Shown piece after piece: positions 36,636 through 50,269 of a DNA stretch of 64,000 bases. Position 1 is the first letter of the stretch. Every line of letters begins with the position of its first letter. Below the pieces are notes generated by a model. It was not told the DNA's origin. It made no database searches and saw only the letters and a list, made by a program, of their open reading frames with translations. Origin of the DNA: Lama guanicoe (Eukaryota); NCBI GenBank assembly GCA_013239625.1, contig MU053994.1, positions 871,775 through 935,774 of the forward strand, written 5' to 3'. The position numbers and the translations under genes were made by a program.

Positions 36636-37049
36636 TTTTTTGTCCCAGTGCCTTGCCTTCCCTTACATCTCAACAGGCTGCACAGCCTTCCAAGTATTAC
36701 CCACTCCTGACTTTTGTTTCATGTTGGATGCCCTAATATTGACTGCTTGATCCTTGCTGAAGGCCTTGGACGATACACCCACTCACCATTCTGATGCTCT
36801 GTGGACAGCCCCAGCATGTCACCTTCACCCTTGACTTCACCCTAGCCTGCCTCACCCATGTAGACAGACCTAGGGCCAGGTCCATTTCTGCCCTTCCCTG
36901 TCAAATCTCAAAATAAAATGATTCTTAGAGGCAGAAGCAACAAAATTCAGGCAGCATGACTTGTCTTTGACAACTAGCCTTGCAGTTCTTTTGGGTTCCC
37001 ATTGCTTGGCATAATCAATCATTCAGATAAGCCAGAGCCCAAACCTGAC

Positions 37050-37482
37050 CAGGTGTGGTGGCCACTTGCATACACTGCCCAGTTCCTTCTTCAATGAAGT
37101 CCTTGTTTTCCCAGCTGCTAGGAGTGCTGCTGGTAGACAACCCTCAGCTCTCAGTCTCTTCAAGAACTGTCTCAGCTACAGAGAGCCACCTTGACCAAAA
37201 GGCAGTTTCCCTGATGACTTTCTGAGGCTGCCCATATCCAGTGATAGCTCAGTGCAGGAGTATAAACTCCCAGCCGTTTGGGCCCAGCTGAGGACAACTC
37301 TCAAGGGCCATTCTAGCTCCAGAGCTCCCTGTAGGTCGGCCAAAGCTGTTGTTGGGCTTGCATCACACTCCTTCTGCCCACTCCTTCTTCCCTCCACTCC
37401 TTTCCCCAGGGCACACCCTAATAAGCATCCTGCCTCCTATGCTCAGTCTGAGTCAGCTTCCCAAAAAGCCCAACCTACAATA
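37050..37482 (+). mobile_element. LTR16-like solo LTR
   Basis: TGTGGTGGCC...CCAGCTGCTAGGAGTGCTG...CAGCTTCCCAAAAAGCCCAACCTACAATA. Confidence 0.7.
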
Positions 37483-39019
37483 CAAGGTCTAGGTCCAATT
37501 CACTCACACTCATTGTCATGGTCTCTGGATTCCTACAGGAACTATTAATCCCAAGAGACAAAATGGTCTCCCAGAATTATAGCTCCCCGGCCAATTCCCC
37601 AACTCATCCCCAATCATTTTTTACTTTTTCTCAGAGGCATGATTAGTCTAGCTTGCCTGCTTACACAAGCACATAAATGAAGTCAGAAAAATGATCTTTC
37701 CTGATGCTTGTTAATCAATTGTTTTTTGCCTACGATACATTGCCTCGGCTCAGAGCTTCTCTTTCCTCAAGGAAGTGAGACAGATGATCACAGGTTGCCA
37801 CACAACACTAGCTCTTTACTTTGACCTATTGAGTCCTAGAAGGATTTATCAGCAAGCAACAAGCTCATTTGACTGTACATTAGAAGCAGACAGAGTCAGT
37901 CATTAAGGGAATATAAACAACCAGGTGCTTCATCTGTTTTGTAAAACTGATATATTTATAAACATGCCCTTGGGCAAGGCTCAGTCTCAATGATACCTCC
38001 TTTGGGAATAACAAATCCCAAACCACTTATTTGTTATGACCAGAAATGACATTTTGATCTGACTAATCAGTAAAATATCTGTACTTTTAATGGTCCATAA
38101 AACCTTAATATGCTTCCTTACATGTCTGAGTTCCCAAACTACAACTGGATGACACTTCTATTTGGTCTTCAAGAATAGATAAAATACCTTCCCTATTTAA
38201 GTGTGTGTTTGATAGGCTAATAAAATCAGAAAGGATAAAAATGCAGTAGGGTAAAACTGCTTATTTTTTAAGATTTTCTGTGGGAAGATCCTTTATCTTA
38301 TTATGCAGAGCTTCCTAAGTAAATCCTTTGCTCTCACAGCATGCAGCCTAATTCTTACAAAGGAATTAAAGAAATACTTGATAGTCTATTGGTTTCTCAT
38401 ACTAGGTTTTGTTTTATTGTGTCACTCTGGAAATACTGTTTCATTTTTGATCTTAGAGTCTGTCCAGATATCCAAAATAGAGCTGGTATTGTGAGGCAGG
38501 CTTAGGTACTGATCAATATTCTGTCCTTTGTGTGAAAAATGGTATGACTGACGCTGACCCCAATCTGTACGGACAATTACAGCTGTAAAAACAGATGCTC
38601 CTCTCCCAGGCCCACCCCAGACATATGTTTTGATTCCTGGTGCTGGGCACTTGGCAGAGATGGGCATTTTGTGTCAGTCAGCTTCTGATACTCCTGGACT
38701 GTCTGAAGATTATTTTTAAAAAGTTATGATTCACTGCTGATGAGACTAGCTGCCTCTATTGCCTTCTAGAATCCGGTAACTTCTATGGCTCATGCTCTGA
38801 GATTTTGTTTCTGTGCCCCAGATACTTAAAACCACTTCAGTTCCAGCTCCCATAAAGTGGTTACTTGGATCATTGGAATGGTGAACTGATAAGGGCTTTT
38901 AAAAAATGTTCAGTATAAAAAAGTTATGGTTGTGAACATCATTATAGGAAAAACTACTGAAGTTCAACATCTGCCCTTAGAAGCTTCAGATTTATTGCGG
39001 GAGACAAAATTAAGACAGA

Positions 39020-39215
39020 GCAATGTTTGCCATCATTGAAATACGCTGGGTTGTATGACTACTCACATAATCTCACAGTGAATCACAGAGTTCCTTGTTA
39101 AAGTGTAGTTCTCACAGGTCTACTGAATACAAATCTCTTCACTGGTGTTGGAATCTGCATCTTTAACAAGCTCCCCAAGGGATTCTCGTGCACACTAAAT
39201 GTTGACGACCATTGC
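39020..39215. mobile_element. MER5A-like MITE
   Basis: GGAATCTGCATCTTTAACAAGCTCCCCAAGGGATTCTCGTGCACACTAAATGTTGACGACCATTG. Confidence 0.65.
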
Positions 39216-39347
39216 CCTAGAGGCTGATGATTTCAGCCTGGGCATGGTTCCTGCAATGCCACCACTAGTTAGTGGTCCTCTGTGTTTTGGAAGGAAATGG
39301 GGCATTCAGTGACTATCACCACTGAAATGTATGATTAATCATCATAA

Positions 39348-39835
39348 TGATGGTGCTGATGCCCCACCCAGAGCTCCTTTACCAGTCTAGTGCACCCATC
39401 CCCCAGCTCCTGACTCCATCTTACCAAGAACCAAGATGAGCTCTATTTTTTTTTATATTTAGCAGCTGTTAGTGTTGGCTGCTAATAGTTCACAGCTGCA
39501 CTCTACTTTGGAGACTTGTTCTTAACTGACAGAACCCACTTCACCCAGAGATGCGTAAGAGGTTATATACCCGCCAACACGGCCAGTGACTGACTGGTAT
39601 TAAGGAGCAAAAGACTAGCCCCTTTGCCTCATGGGAGAAAACTCCGTGGCGCCATCTTGCCCTAGAGCTCTCTGTGGAATCAAGGCTGAGGTTAGATCTC
39701 TGCTGAAAGCACTTCTTTGCTTACTTAGCTTCTTCTGCTTTTCCTGCTTCTTTCACTTCCATAGAGGTTTCTCCTGAGAACACTCCCTCAGTAAGAATCC
39801 TCGTCTCCTTGTCTGCTTCTACATTGCCTAAGACA
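39348..39835 (+). mobile_element. LTR16C-like solo LTR
   Basis: Ends AATCCTCGTCTCCTTGTCTGCTTCTACATTGCCTAAGACA. Confidence 0.7.
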
Positions 39836-39944
39836 ATATTGTTATTCAGCAGTTGAGGAGACTTTTCCAAAGAAAAAAGTTGTAAAAATAATAAAGATTC
39901 TGTGAATAAATACAGAGACATATTTGTAGCAAGATATAAAAGAA

Positions 39945-42900
39945 ATAGGGGGTTCTTGGTTCCAAGAAAAGTGGGGTAATATACCCTGTTTGTCTCACTC
40001 AATGAAGCTATAAAACCTGGACAGAAGGCATGGGGCAGCCATTTGAGGACCCTGAAAAGTAAACAGTAGCATGCAGATTGGGAAAGAAGACATACCAGAA
40101 TCCAACGGATTACCAAACTGGTGGGGAGTTTATCATTTTTTATCTCCTGCTATCCCTGGCCTAGAATCAAGGCGTCCCAAAACTTAGAAGTGGATACTGA
40201 GCAGGGACAGAGAGGGCTCCAGAAGTCCTCTAGTTCTGACTGGAAGGGCAGGGACGAGATCTCCTGATGCTCAGAGAGAGTAGGGGAAATCTTTCAGGTT
40301 TTTTTCCCCTTTGCTCTGTTCTCTTGCACTCCAGGAAGTCCTGCAGTGGCAGCAGCAGCAGAGACAGCAAACAGCAGTGGGGGCCTATAGATGCCTAAAA
40401 CTAAAGGGGGGAACCATTATGTCTGATCAGAAGAGCTGTGTCCCAAGAGGATGTGGTGACATCCCGTTGCTTTTTTCTCTTTCTTCTCTCCTGCTGCTTG
40501 GTCCTAGACATGAGTATAGTTGTGGAAAGCACACAGCACAGCATAGTAGCTAAAGCCCCATCTTTCTGGGGTCAGAGACTAAAAAGGTGAGCTCCAGAGA
40601 AGAAAAAGTCATGGGGAAATTTTGGAGAGAGTATAGCTTGGGAAAATGACCCCATAAGATTGTTTATGAACTTCTAGGCTCACTGCCTAGCTAAACATAT
40701 GTGCATCTGACCCTAAACAATATCGCAAAGATTTTGACAACTGAATTATGGGATGGAAGACTGTCCAGGTCCCAGACTGGCCACTGAGTAGCACACATAC
40801 AAGACAGATCAGAATAGTAATGCAGAGGCTTTGAAACCGAACTGCCACCGGAGGTACAACCCACAGAAGGCTGTTTGGAATGTGCAGCCTGAACCTAAAC
40901 AAGTTGGTTGCCTGTTAAAAAAAAAATCTACATTCCCTATAGGATTTAAACAAGATCCAGAATCTCATAACCCAGAATCTCCCAAAACATTCAAGATAAA
41001 ATCTAAAATTACTCAGCAAACAGAAAACCAGGAAAAACCTAATCTCACATGGGAAAAGACAACCAACAACACCAATGCCGTGGTGACACATGTTGGGATA
41101 TCAAAGACTTTAAAGCAATTATTATTAAAATGTTCCAAGAAGTAAAGGAGAGTGCTTTTGAAATGAATGGAAATATAGAAAGTCTCAGCAGAGAAACAGA
41201 ATATGTAAAGAGGAATCATATACAAATTTTGAAATGAAAAATCCAATAACCAAAATTAAAAAGTCACAAGATGGGCTCAAAACGAAAATGAAAATAGTGG
41301 AGTAAATAGTGAATTTATTGGTAAATTATCTAATCCAAACAACAGGGAGAAAAATATTGAAAAAATAATAAACATAGCCTTAGGAAGTTGTAGGAAAATA
41401 CTAAACGTTTAACATTTGTGTCATTGAGTCCCAGAAGGAGATAAGAAAGAGCATGCCGTAGAAAAAATATTTGAGGAAACAATGGCTAAAAACACCCCAA
41501 ATTTGGCAAAAGACATAAACGTACAGATTTAAGAAGCTCAATGGATCTCAAATAGTATAAAACCAAAGAATTCCATGCCCAGACACATCACAAATTACTA
41601 AAAACTAAATACAAAGAGAAATCTTAAGAATAGCCAGAGAAAAAGTCACATTACTTATAGGAGACTAACAGTTTGGATGTCAGCAAATTCTCTTCAGAAA
41701 CTGTGGAAGCTGGAAGGAAGTGGAAGTGCATTTTTTCAAAGCGCTGGGAGGAAAAAACTGTTAACTCAATCCTTTAGTAATGAGGATAAAATAAAGGCAT
41801 TATTAGATAAAGGAAAACTAACAGAATTTATTTCCAGAAGACTTTCTTTTAAAGACCTTATTAGAGCAGTTTTAGGTTTATAATAAAATTGAGAGGAAGG
41901 TATGATTTCCCATATGCCCTCTGCCCCACACATGCATAGCCTCCCCCACTATCAGTATCACTCACCAGAACGGTATATTTTTTTTTTTTACCAGGGATGA
42001 ACCCACATTAATACATCATAATCATCCAAAGTCCATAGTTAGTACCTAAGGGTTCACTCTTAATGTTATATATTCAGTGGGTTTGGATAAATGTATAATG
42101 ACATAAATCCATCATTATAATATCATACAGAGTATTTTCATTGTCCTAAAAATCCTGTGTGCCTCTATTCATCTCCCCACTCCCAACAGCAACTAATGAT
42201 CTTTTTACTGCCTCTGTAGTTTTGCCTTTTCCATAATGTCATAAGTTGGAATCATACAGTATGCATCCTTTTCAGATTGGCTTCTTTCACTCAGTAACAT
42301 GCATTTAAGGTACCTCTATGTCTTTTCATGGCTTGATGGGTCATTTCTTTTTAGTGCTCCATAACATTCCATGTTTGGATGTATCGCATTTTATTTATCC
42401 ATTAACCTATTGAAGGACATCTTGGCTGCTTCCAGGTTTTGGAAATTATGAATAAAGCTTATATAAATATCCACATGCAGATTTTTGTGTGATCAAGTTT
42501 TCATCTTTGGATAAATGCCAAGGAGCACAATTGTTGGATCATATGGTAAGAGTATGCTTAGTTTTCTTAGACACTGCCAAACTGTCTTCCAAAGTGGCTG
42601 TACCATTTCACATTCCCACTGCAATGTACGAGAGTTCCTGTTGTTCAAGATCCTTACCATATTTGATGTTGTGAGTGTTCCAGATTTTGGCCATTCTAAT
42701 AGGTATGTAATGTATCTCATTGTTTTAATTTGCATTTTCCTGATGACATATGTGGAGCATCTTTCCATATGCTTATTTGCCATCTGTAGATCTTCTTAAA
42801 GTTTAAAGAGTTCTTTGTATATTTTGGATGATAGTCCTTTATTAGATGTGTCTTTTGAAAATATTTTCTCCAGTCTGTGGCTTGTTTTTTAAGTCTCTTG

Positions 42901-45050
42901 ATATTGTCTCTGACAGAACATAAGTTTTTGTTTTTAATGAACTCCAGCTTATCAATTATTTCTTTCATGGATCATGTCTTCAATGTTGTATCTAAAAAAG
43001 CATCACTATACCCAAGATCATCTAGGTTTTCTCCTATGTTATCTTCTAGGATATTTATAGTTTTGTGTTTTACATATAGGTCTGTGATCCATTTTGAGTT
43101 GATCATTGTGATGAGTGTAAGGTCTGTGTCTATACATTATCATTATCCTTATTTTTGCATGTGCACGTCTAGTTTTCCAGTACCATTTGTTAAATAGATT
43201 ATCTTTGCTCCATTGTATTGCCTTTGTTCCTTTGTCAAAGATCAGTTGACTATATTTATGAGGATCTATTTCTGAGCTCTCTATTTTGCTCCATTGATGT
43301 ATCTGTCTGTTCTTTCACCAATACCACACTGCCTTAATTACTGTAGCTCTATAATTCTTGAAGTCAGATAGCATCAGTCCTCTAACTTTGTTTTTCTTTA
43401 ATATTATGTTGGCTATTCTGGGTCTTTTGTCTCTCCATATAAACTTTAGAATCAATTTGTCAATATCCATGTTATAACTTGCTGGGATATTGATTGGAAC
43501 TATATTGACTCTAGAGATCACGTTGGGAAGAATGGACATAGTGACAATATTGAGTTTTCCTATCCATGACCATGGAATAGCTGTCCATTTATTTAGTTCT
43601 TTGATTTTGTTCATCAGAGATTTATACTTTTCCTCATATAGATCTTATACATATTTGTTAGATTTATACATATTTCATTTTGGGGGGTGCTAACGTAAAT
43701 GGTATTGTGTTTCAAATTCTACTTGTTCATTGCTGGTATATAAGAAAGTGATTGAGTTTTTCATATTAACCTTGTATCCTGCAACCTTGCTATAATTACT
43801 TATAAGTTCCAGGAGTTTCTTGTTGATTCTTTTGAATTTTCTACATAGATGATCATGTCATCCGTGAACAAAGACAGTTTTACTTTTCCTTCTCAATCTA
43901 CATACCTTTTATTTCACATTCTTAATGCATTGGCTAGAACTTCCAGTATGATGTTGAAAAGGAGTGGTAAGGCGGGGGGCATCTTTGCCTTGTACCTGAT
44001 CTTAGTTGGAAAGCTTTGGGTTTCTCATCATTAAATATGATGTTAGCTGTAGCTATGTTGTACATCATCAATTACAATGCAGATTTCCCTACCCCAACGC
44101 TGGTTCCTGCAGTGGTTTCTGCTAGTGAGTCTCTGCTCTAGTAAGCTACAAATCCCTTTATTTGCCTTTCTGTCCCTCCAATCTTGGGAGCAGTGGTTTG
44201 CTCTATAATTTTTTCTCTCTTATGGATCCAAGAAAAATTATTGATTTTTCAGTCTTCTCAGCGTTTTACTTGTTAAAACGGAGTGGCAGCTTCCAAGCTC
44301 CTTATGTGCAGAACTGGAAACCAGAAGTTCCTCACCAACAAACCTTTGCTGAAAGAATTGTTAAAGGAAATTTCTCAAACAGACGGGATATGTTACCAGG
44401 AAAAAACTTGGAATATTAGGAATGGAAGAAGAGCAACAAAATGGTAAATATCTGGGTAAATAGAATATTCACTCCTCTTGAGTTTTAAAAAATAAATTTG
44501 ATTACTAAGAGCAAAATTTATCACATTTTCTGATGAAGTTTTTGATGTATGTAGATATACTATATAAAAAGTAACTATAATATAAAGGCGGGGAGGGTAT
44601 ATGGACCTATAGGGTGGTAATATTTTTCCAGTTGAAGTAGTAAATTACTGATTCTGAGTGGACTGTGAAAAACTGAATATGTATACTATCCTTATAACCA
44701 ACACTAAAAATAGTATATAAAGAAATAGCAAAAAACACAATAGAAAAATGAAAATAGAATATTAAATTATGTTCAAATAATCCAAAAGGAGGCAGAAGAA
44801 GGGAAACATGAAAAATAGAAGGAACAAATAACAAAACAAATAATAGGCTTAAATCCAAACATCAATAATTATATTAAGTGTTAATGTAAAAGTCAGATTG
44901 TCAGAATAGATTTCAAAAAAACAAGACCCGACTATATGCTGTTTACAAGAGATTCACTTCAAATACAATGATATAGGTATATTAAAAGAAAAAATATTGT
45001 TGTATGCAAATGCTACTAAAAGGAAAGCTAGAGTGACTGTAGCAAAAAAA
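39945..45050 (+). mobile_element. Old L1M 5' portion (5'UTR, ORF1, start of ORF2), split by a second L1 at ~41845-44330
   Basis: ORF1-like peptides KDFKAIIIKMFQEVKE and ATGCCCAGACACATCA. After 44331 it continues into ORF2 endonuclease-like sequence (ACCCGACTATATGCTGTTTACAAGAGATTCACTT). Confidence 0.8.
41845..44330 (-). mobile_element. L1MB/L1M-type element: 3'UTR and 3' ORF2 joined directly to a ~260-bp 5' end
   Basis: Minus-strand peptides IPWSWIGKLNIVTMSILP (43315-43614) and [10 protein letters not shown] (42493-42783). 44070-44330 reads as an L1 5' terminus (GAACTTCTGGTTTCCAG...GGAGCTTGGAAG). Confidence 0.8.
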
Positions 45051-46029
45051 AAAAAGACACTATGGCAAAGTGGCACAATGCTAAATCTAAGCTACTTGGC
45101 ACCAATAATCCCTTGATAAATTATTTACATTCTTTTCTCAAGCAGAAAAGTTTTACTCCATCTTACCCACAGACCTTCCAGGCATCCAGATATCAAAAGC
45201 TACCCAGCACCAGCTGGGCAGCTTTTGTGAATGTTCATGGGTTTGGAATTAGAATCTTATAGACTGCTCTAATCTAATGATTTACCTTAAGAACATAAGA
45301 CATAACACCTTTCTCCTTAACTTTCCACATTAAGTGCAGAGCAGTTTTCCAGGTAGGTGTGTTTCCTTCAACAAGAGATCTGTTTTCTTTTTCCATTTTC
45401 ATTTTACCTCCTCAGGAGTACAAAGCCTTATGCTTCAAAACTATAAGAAAACAAGGTGTCCATATAACTAACGTCACTTGTCTTGAGTCTCATTTGTCAG
45501 TTAAGTTATTTATGTGTGGCCACCACAAGTAAGGAGATACTACTCTGGAACTCTTCTTTATAAGAATAGTTCTTTAGAAGGATAATTTTCTACCTTTTAT
45601 ATATCACAGCTCACACAGAAAGTGGTAATATTTGTAAGACATTTTGGGATAAGTAAAGGAGAGTGCTTATGGCCAGAGGCATTTGGCCAGAGGGGTTTTA
45701 ATTCCTCTATGCTGCACTGAACCACCCTGAAGGCCGTAGGGAACCAATACATTGCCACACCTGCAACCATTTGTGGAAAGCTACAGTCAGAAGGATGGGA
45801 ACTATTTTAGCATAAAATGGAAGTTTGTGTTAAAGCAATCGCTGTGAGTTTCCCTTCTGAGTTTCTATAGTCTCTGCTTAATTGTACTTAATCCCTTTCT
45901 CTTTTTAAACACTTCCAAAAATTGTAAAGTAAAAGAGAACATTATATACAGGGACTTCTTCACACCTAAAAAATTATCCGTTACAAAACTAAGTACGCTA
46001 ACTTCTCATGGGAATGATAGGCAGAGAAA

Positions 46030-46215
46030 TGACAGGGATTTGGGACCTGGTTTCCTGAATTTTGGAAAGTTACAGATCCTTTATGATTTCAGCTCTCCAT
46101 TATATAATGGAGATAATAACACCTATGTGATGTGGTTGTTGTGAATATTAAGATACCTTAGATGTGCTTAGCATAGTGTCTGGCACATAGTGGATACTCA
46201 GTGAACATAGTTTGT
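46030..46215 (+). mobile_element. MIR SINE
   Basis: ATAATGGAGATAATAACACCTA...GTGCTTAGCATAGTGTCTGGCACATAGT. Confidence 0.7.
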
Positions 46216-47399
46216 TTCCTTTTCATTTTAATTCCCTAGAGTTATTTTTGCTAAAGAAATCGAGAGTAAGAAGATAGCATGTCAGCTTTGAAGTTCCAGA
46301 GAAGGCTTTATGGAGGGTATGTAATGATCTTGGCTTTGAGGGGAAGCTGAGATTTGATGTGAAAAAGAAGAAAGGCCTCCCAGGGTCTGGTAATAAGATA
46401 GCATGCAGATAATCTTTGAAGTCGCAGGCAGCCAAAGGTAGGATTAATGAATAAAGAACACTTGATAAGTAGGAGAGATATTGATTTGGAACTTAGCCTT
46501 AAGGAAACACAATGAGAAAGTCTTACTTGTATGGGTCTGAGAGTTGACTTCAGGTTCGCTCACGGTACATGGTGAAATAGGCAGAATTTTCCTTTGGTGC
46601 TTTCCCAGCATGACTTTTCTGCCTTTCAGCATCACTTCCTCCAAAGACTCCATTATACTACTTAGGCTCAATCACTTGCTTGGGAAGGAAGTGTGCTAAA
46701 ATATATTCAATTCATACTAAAGAGGTTTTGACCTAATGGGTTAATCCTTCTAGGCCATCATTATTTTAAAAGAGAATCTCAGATTGCCTTATGACTAATC
46801 AAGAGAAAAACTCTCCAGTGATTGAATTTCCAGCACTTCTCCTGAGTAGAGAAGATAGTTTTAATTATAGAGGCTATCCACTCAAATCATACTACGAAGA
46901 TAATGTCTCACTCCATCAATGGGTGATAAGAACCCTCCTTAATAGACCAGGGCATGCACAATCTAGACATAATCATGCTTTAATGTCAACATTCTAAATA
47001 AGGCTCTAGAAGAATTTTGTCTGAATTACCCCTATGTGAGTGTCAGGGTTGAATAATAGGGAGAAGCACTGCAGGGATTCGTGAAGCAGCCCTGGGTACA
47101 AACAAATGGAGGAGCAAGCAAGCGAAACAAGCCAAGACTCGAAGTAACAGTATTAAATCCAAAGGGCCAGATGCATGATTGCCAATTATCCTCCAAGCTT
47201 TTGGAGTTAGGGGACGTGGGGTTCAAAATGGGAACTGGTCAGGAACGACTGTTAAATCCAAGGTGATTATGGTGACCAGTCCATCCATAACGTCCATGGC
47301 TCATGTTTCTTATTTGGTGGCTGCCAGCTGTGCCTGTCCACTGGATTAGTTAAAGGTTAAAGGCAGGGTGATTATGAAGGATGCAGCAATGGACTTGTG

Positions 47400-47660
47400 A
47401 TGCTATGGGGAAATTTTAAATAAATATTAGAGAAGAACTGGTAGCTATTAAAATACAGAAGCTAAGAAGCTATTAGAATACAGAAGTTATGGCACATGCA
47501 TCCAGGGGAGGTAGTAAAACCACTATTTAAAGACTCATTAGACACCCATTTATTTTTAAGACAGGATTTAAGAAAAATAATGAGAACTATCTTCTGGTAG
47601 TGCTGAGATATGAGCTAAATGACCCACAAGAGGTCTCTTCAAGCCCAAGAGATTCTGTTT
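47400..47660 (+). mobile_element. L3/CR1 3' end remnant
   Basis: CTAAATGACCCACAAGAGGTCTCTTCAAGCCCAAGAGATTCTG resembles the CR1 terminal motif. Confidence 0.45.
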
Positions 47661-50269
47661 AAACGTTAGAATCCATCTGCCAGAATGGAAATTAAATCCG
47701 ATAAGCATTCTCCTCGGAAAAACATTGCTTTATATGAGCAATGTTCTATTTGCTCTTCTCTTTCTTTCTTTTCATCCCTTCCAAATTAAAACTGGCTCAA
47801 ACCTATCTCAAAAGTAATTTTCTTGACATTAACCACTAAGAACAGGATTCATAGCTTACTATACCAAGCATGGCAAATAGACTTCATCTTGATAGAGGCT
47901 TCCTGAACTTTGTGTTGAGAAATATTCTGAAGCTGCATTCAGAGGGCTATGTCTGATTAGCAATGCCTGCCTTGTGCAGGAAGGAGGGATTAGAGCATGC
48001 TTACCAGGTGTTTGTTACTCCTGCTACATAACAACCCAAGGAATATTCACAATTAAAAGCAATACAAAGGTAGTCTAATATTTTAATATTCTGAGGCATA
48101 TATGATCTCGCAGTTATCAATGAAACATGGTGCATGACATAATGGACTTCTACGAATATGGAAATAAGGGGCTAGTTATTGCTCAAAAGAAAAAGATCTG
48201 GCAGAAGAGAAAAAGACATAACACTGGCACACTAAGAATAGACAAATATTTTTACAAATCCACTAGCCTTAAGTTCAACCCCAAGGTAAATACTTAGGTG
48301 TGATTTCAAGGCGAGAGGAAACAGAACTTACATTGTTATGACCATATACCATGCTGATTGGCCTAATGAAGGACACAGAAAATATTCTACTATGGGTTAC
48401 AAAACCAATTTTACAGGCAGAGAGCTGAACTGCAATTGTCATCCATTTCCAGAGCCGTCTTGTTAACCACAAAGCTATACTGCCTAAATTTTAGCTGGAA
48501 CTCTGATCCCTCGCCATGCTTAATAACTTTTATTTCTTTTGATAGCCAAACCTACTCAGCTGCCTAAAAGCCTTTAGGGTCCAGAAGGTAAATCTTCCTG
48601 GTAAGATCACTTGGGTTTCCTGAAGAGCTCTTTCAAGGGATTCAACCCAGAATTTCACAAGCCTGGCATCAATCCTCACTCTACCATCTAAAGACTGGGA
48701 GATCTGTCATGCGGTCTGGTGGCGGGGGTAATGTCCACCCCAGCACAGTGCATACATTCCTCCAACCTCCTATCAGCTTTACCTGAGATGAGTCAAAGGG
48801 ATATGTGTGTGGTAGTTGGGGGTGATGTGGCAGGGGGATTTAAGAGGATATTGCCTGACATATTGTTGGAACACAAAGATTTATCAAATGAATAAATAGT
48901 TGAATGAATGAGTGGAATTTTGGGGACCACCTTAAACAGTGGGAGGAAAAGTGTCTTCTGGCCTTGGAAAAACAAATATGGCAAGCCAGAAAGATAGAAG
49001 CAGGCCACTGTATACAAGACGAATGCTTTGTTATCCTGCTATCACCAAACATCCTCCTCCTAAGACAGGAAAACTGGGATAGCTTTGCACAGAAGGCTTG
49101 TCTTTCAGAGGGCAAATCCCAAGGCTGGAGGTTAACCTGCCAATTAGCAGGGGGAAGTTTATGCAGGCACGACGAAATTTGGCAGCACTTAATCTGGGAG
49201 TTCTGTAGCATGTACAATATGAAGTAAGGGGGTCATGCACAAAATCATTAAAATGTACAGTTTGTTCTAACTTCAAATCTGGGGGTGGACAAATAGACTT
49301 TTTCCTCTTTAATAATAAACTGGTATGTTGGGACATAAACAACATGTAAAACTCTGGAGCCTTTAACAACTCTACTAGAGGAAACAACGTGCTTAGTTTT
49401 AGTGACCAGAGATGAACCTGAAATAGTTTCTGAATAAAAAAATGATTTTTGTTTTCAATTTAATCTTTTTCTGGATTGTTCATTTTGGATTTTAAGCTGT
49501 GCTTCTATTGTCACCTTTAAAGAGAGAGTTTGGTGATGTTTGAACATCTAAGAAAATTAGTGCATAAGGCTGTATGAAATTGGCTATGCTTAGTCTTCAT
49601 TTAAAAAGCACTTTTGCAGAGGACATACAGTCTTGGGGAAAAAAATGTACCTAGAATCCAGTACCAGAACAAGTTTTGCTGTGGCAAGTGCCAGTTTTGT
49701 TTACAATTACTTGGACAATGCTTCTGCCTTTTATGTTTCATAGATTTTAGTTATTTACAAGCAAAACATTAATTGTGGAATTCAGTATGTAACTTAATCT
49801 CCCTTTAGGTTTTGATATCATTCTTACTGAAATAACTATCTACTTGGTGAAGATGTATAGAAGAGAAAGACATTCTCACCTCCAGCTTACCCATTATTAT
49901 GGGTTGATGCCAACTGAGAAAACATACTTCATTACCACCAGCTCTGCTCCACAGAGGCAACATATTTTGAACCTAATGCTCTTCTATGTAATTTAGATGA
50001 TATAGATTGCTTAATTCAATCTATGATGAGAACATAGGCAGAAACATTTAATTCATTTTGTGCTCTTGGGCTCAGAATGGAACTGAGTTTTCTTTGGGAT
50101 ATAGAAAACTAGGAAATTATAAAATTGGGAAAAATAGGAAATTATGTCGCCTGGAGTTGAGAATGAATTTTCACAAAATTCAGAACACCTGGCTATTCTC
50201 CAGGGATGGCTATAAGTGCTGGGAAATTAAAGCCCTCCAGGAACAGCCCTTGTGCACTGACGGATGGGA

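Noticed and set aside
48332..48362. Minus-strand 31-nt exon-like segment reading QSAWYMVIT, reminiscent of a K+ channel pore helix
   Set aside because: Too short, no TxGYG or other channel exons in the window, and a chance match is likely.
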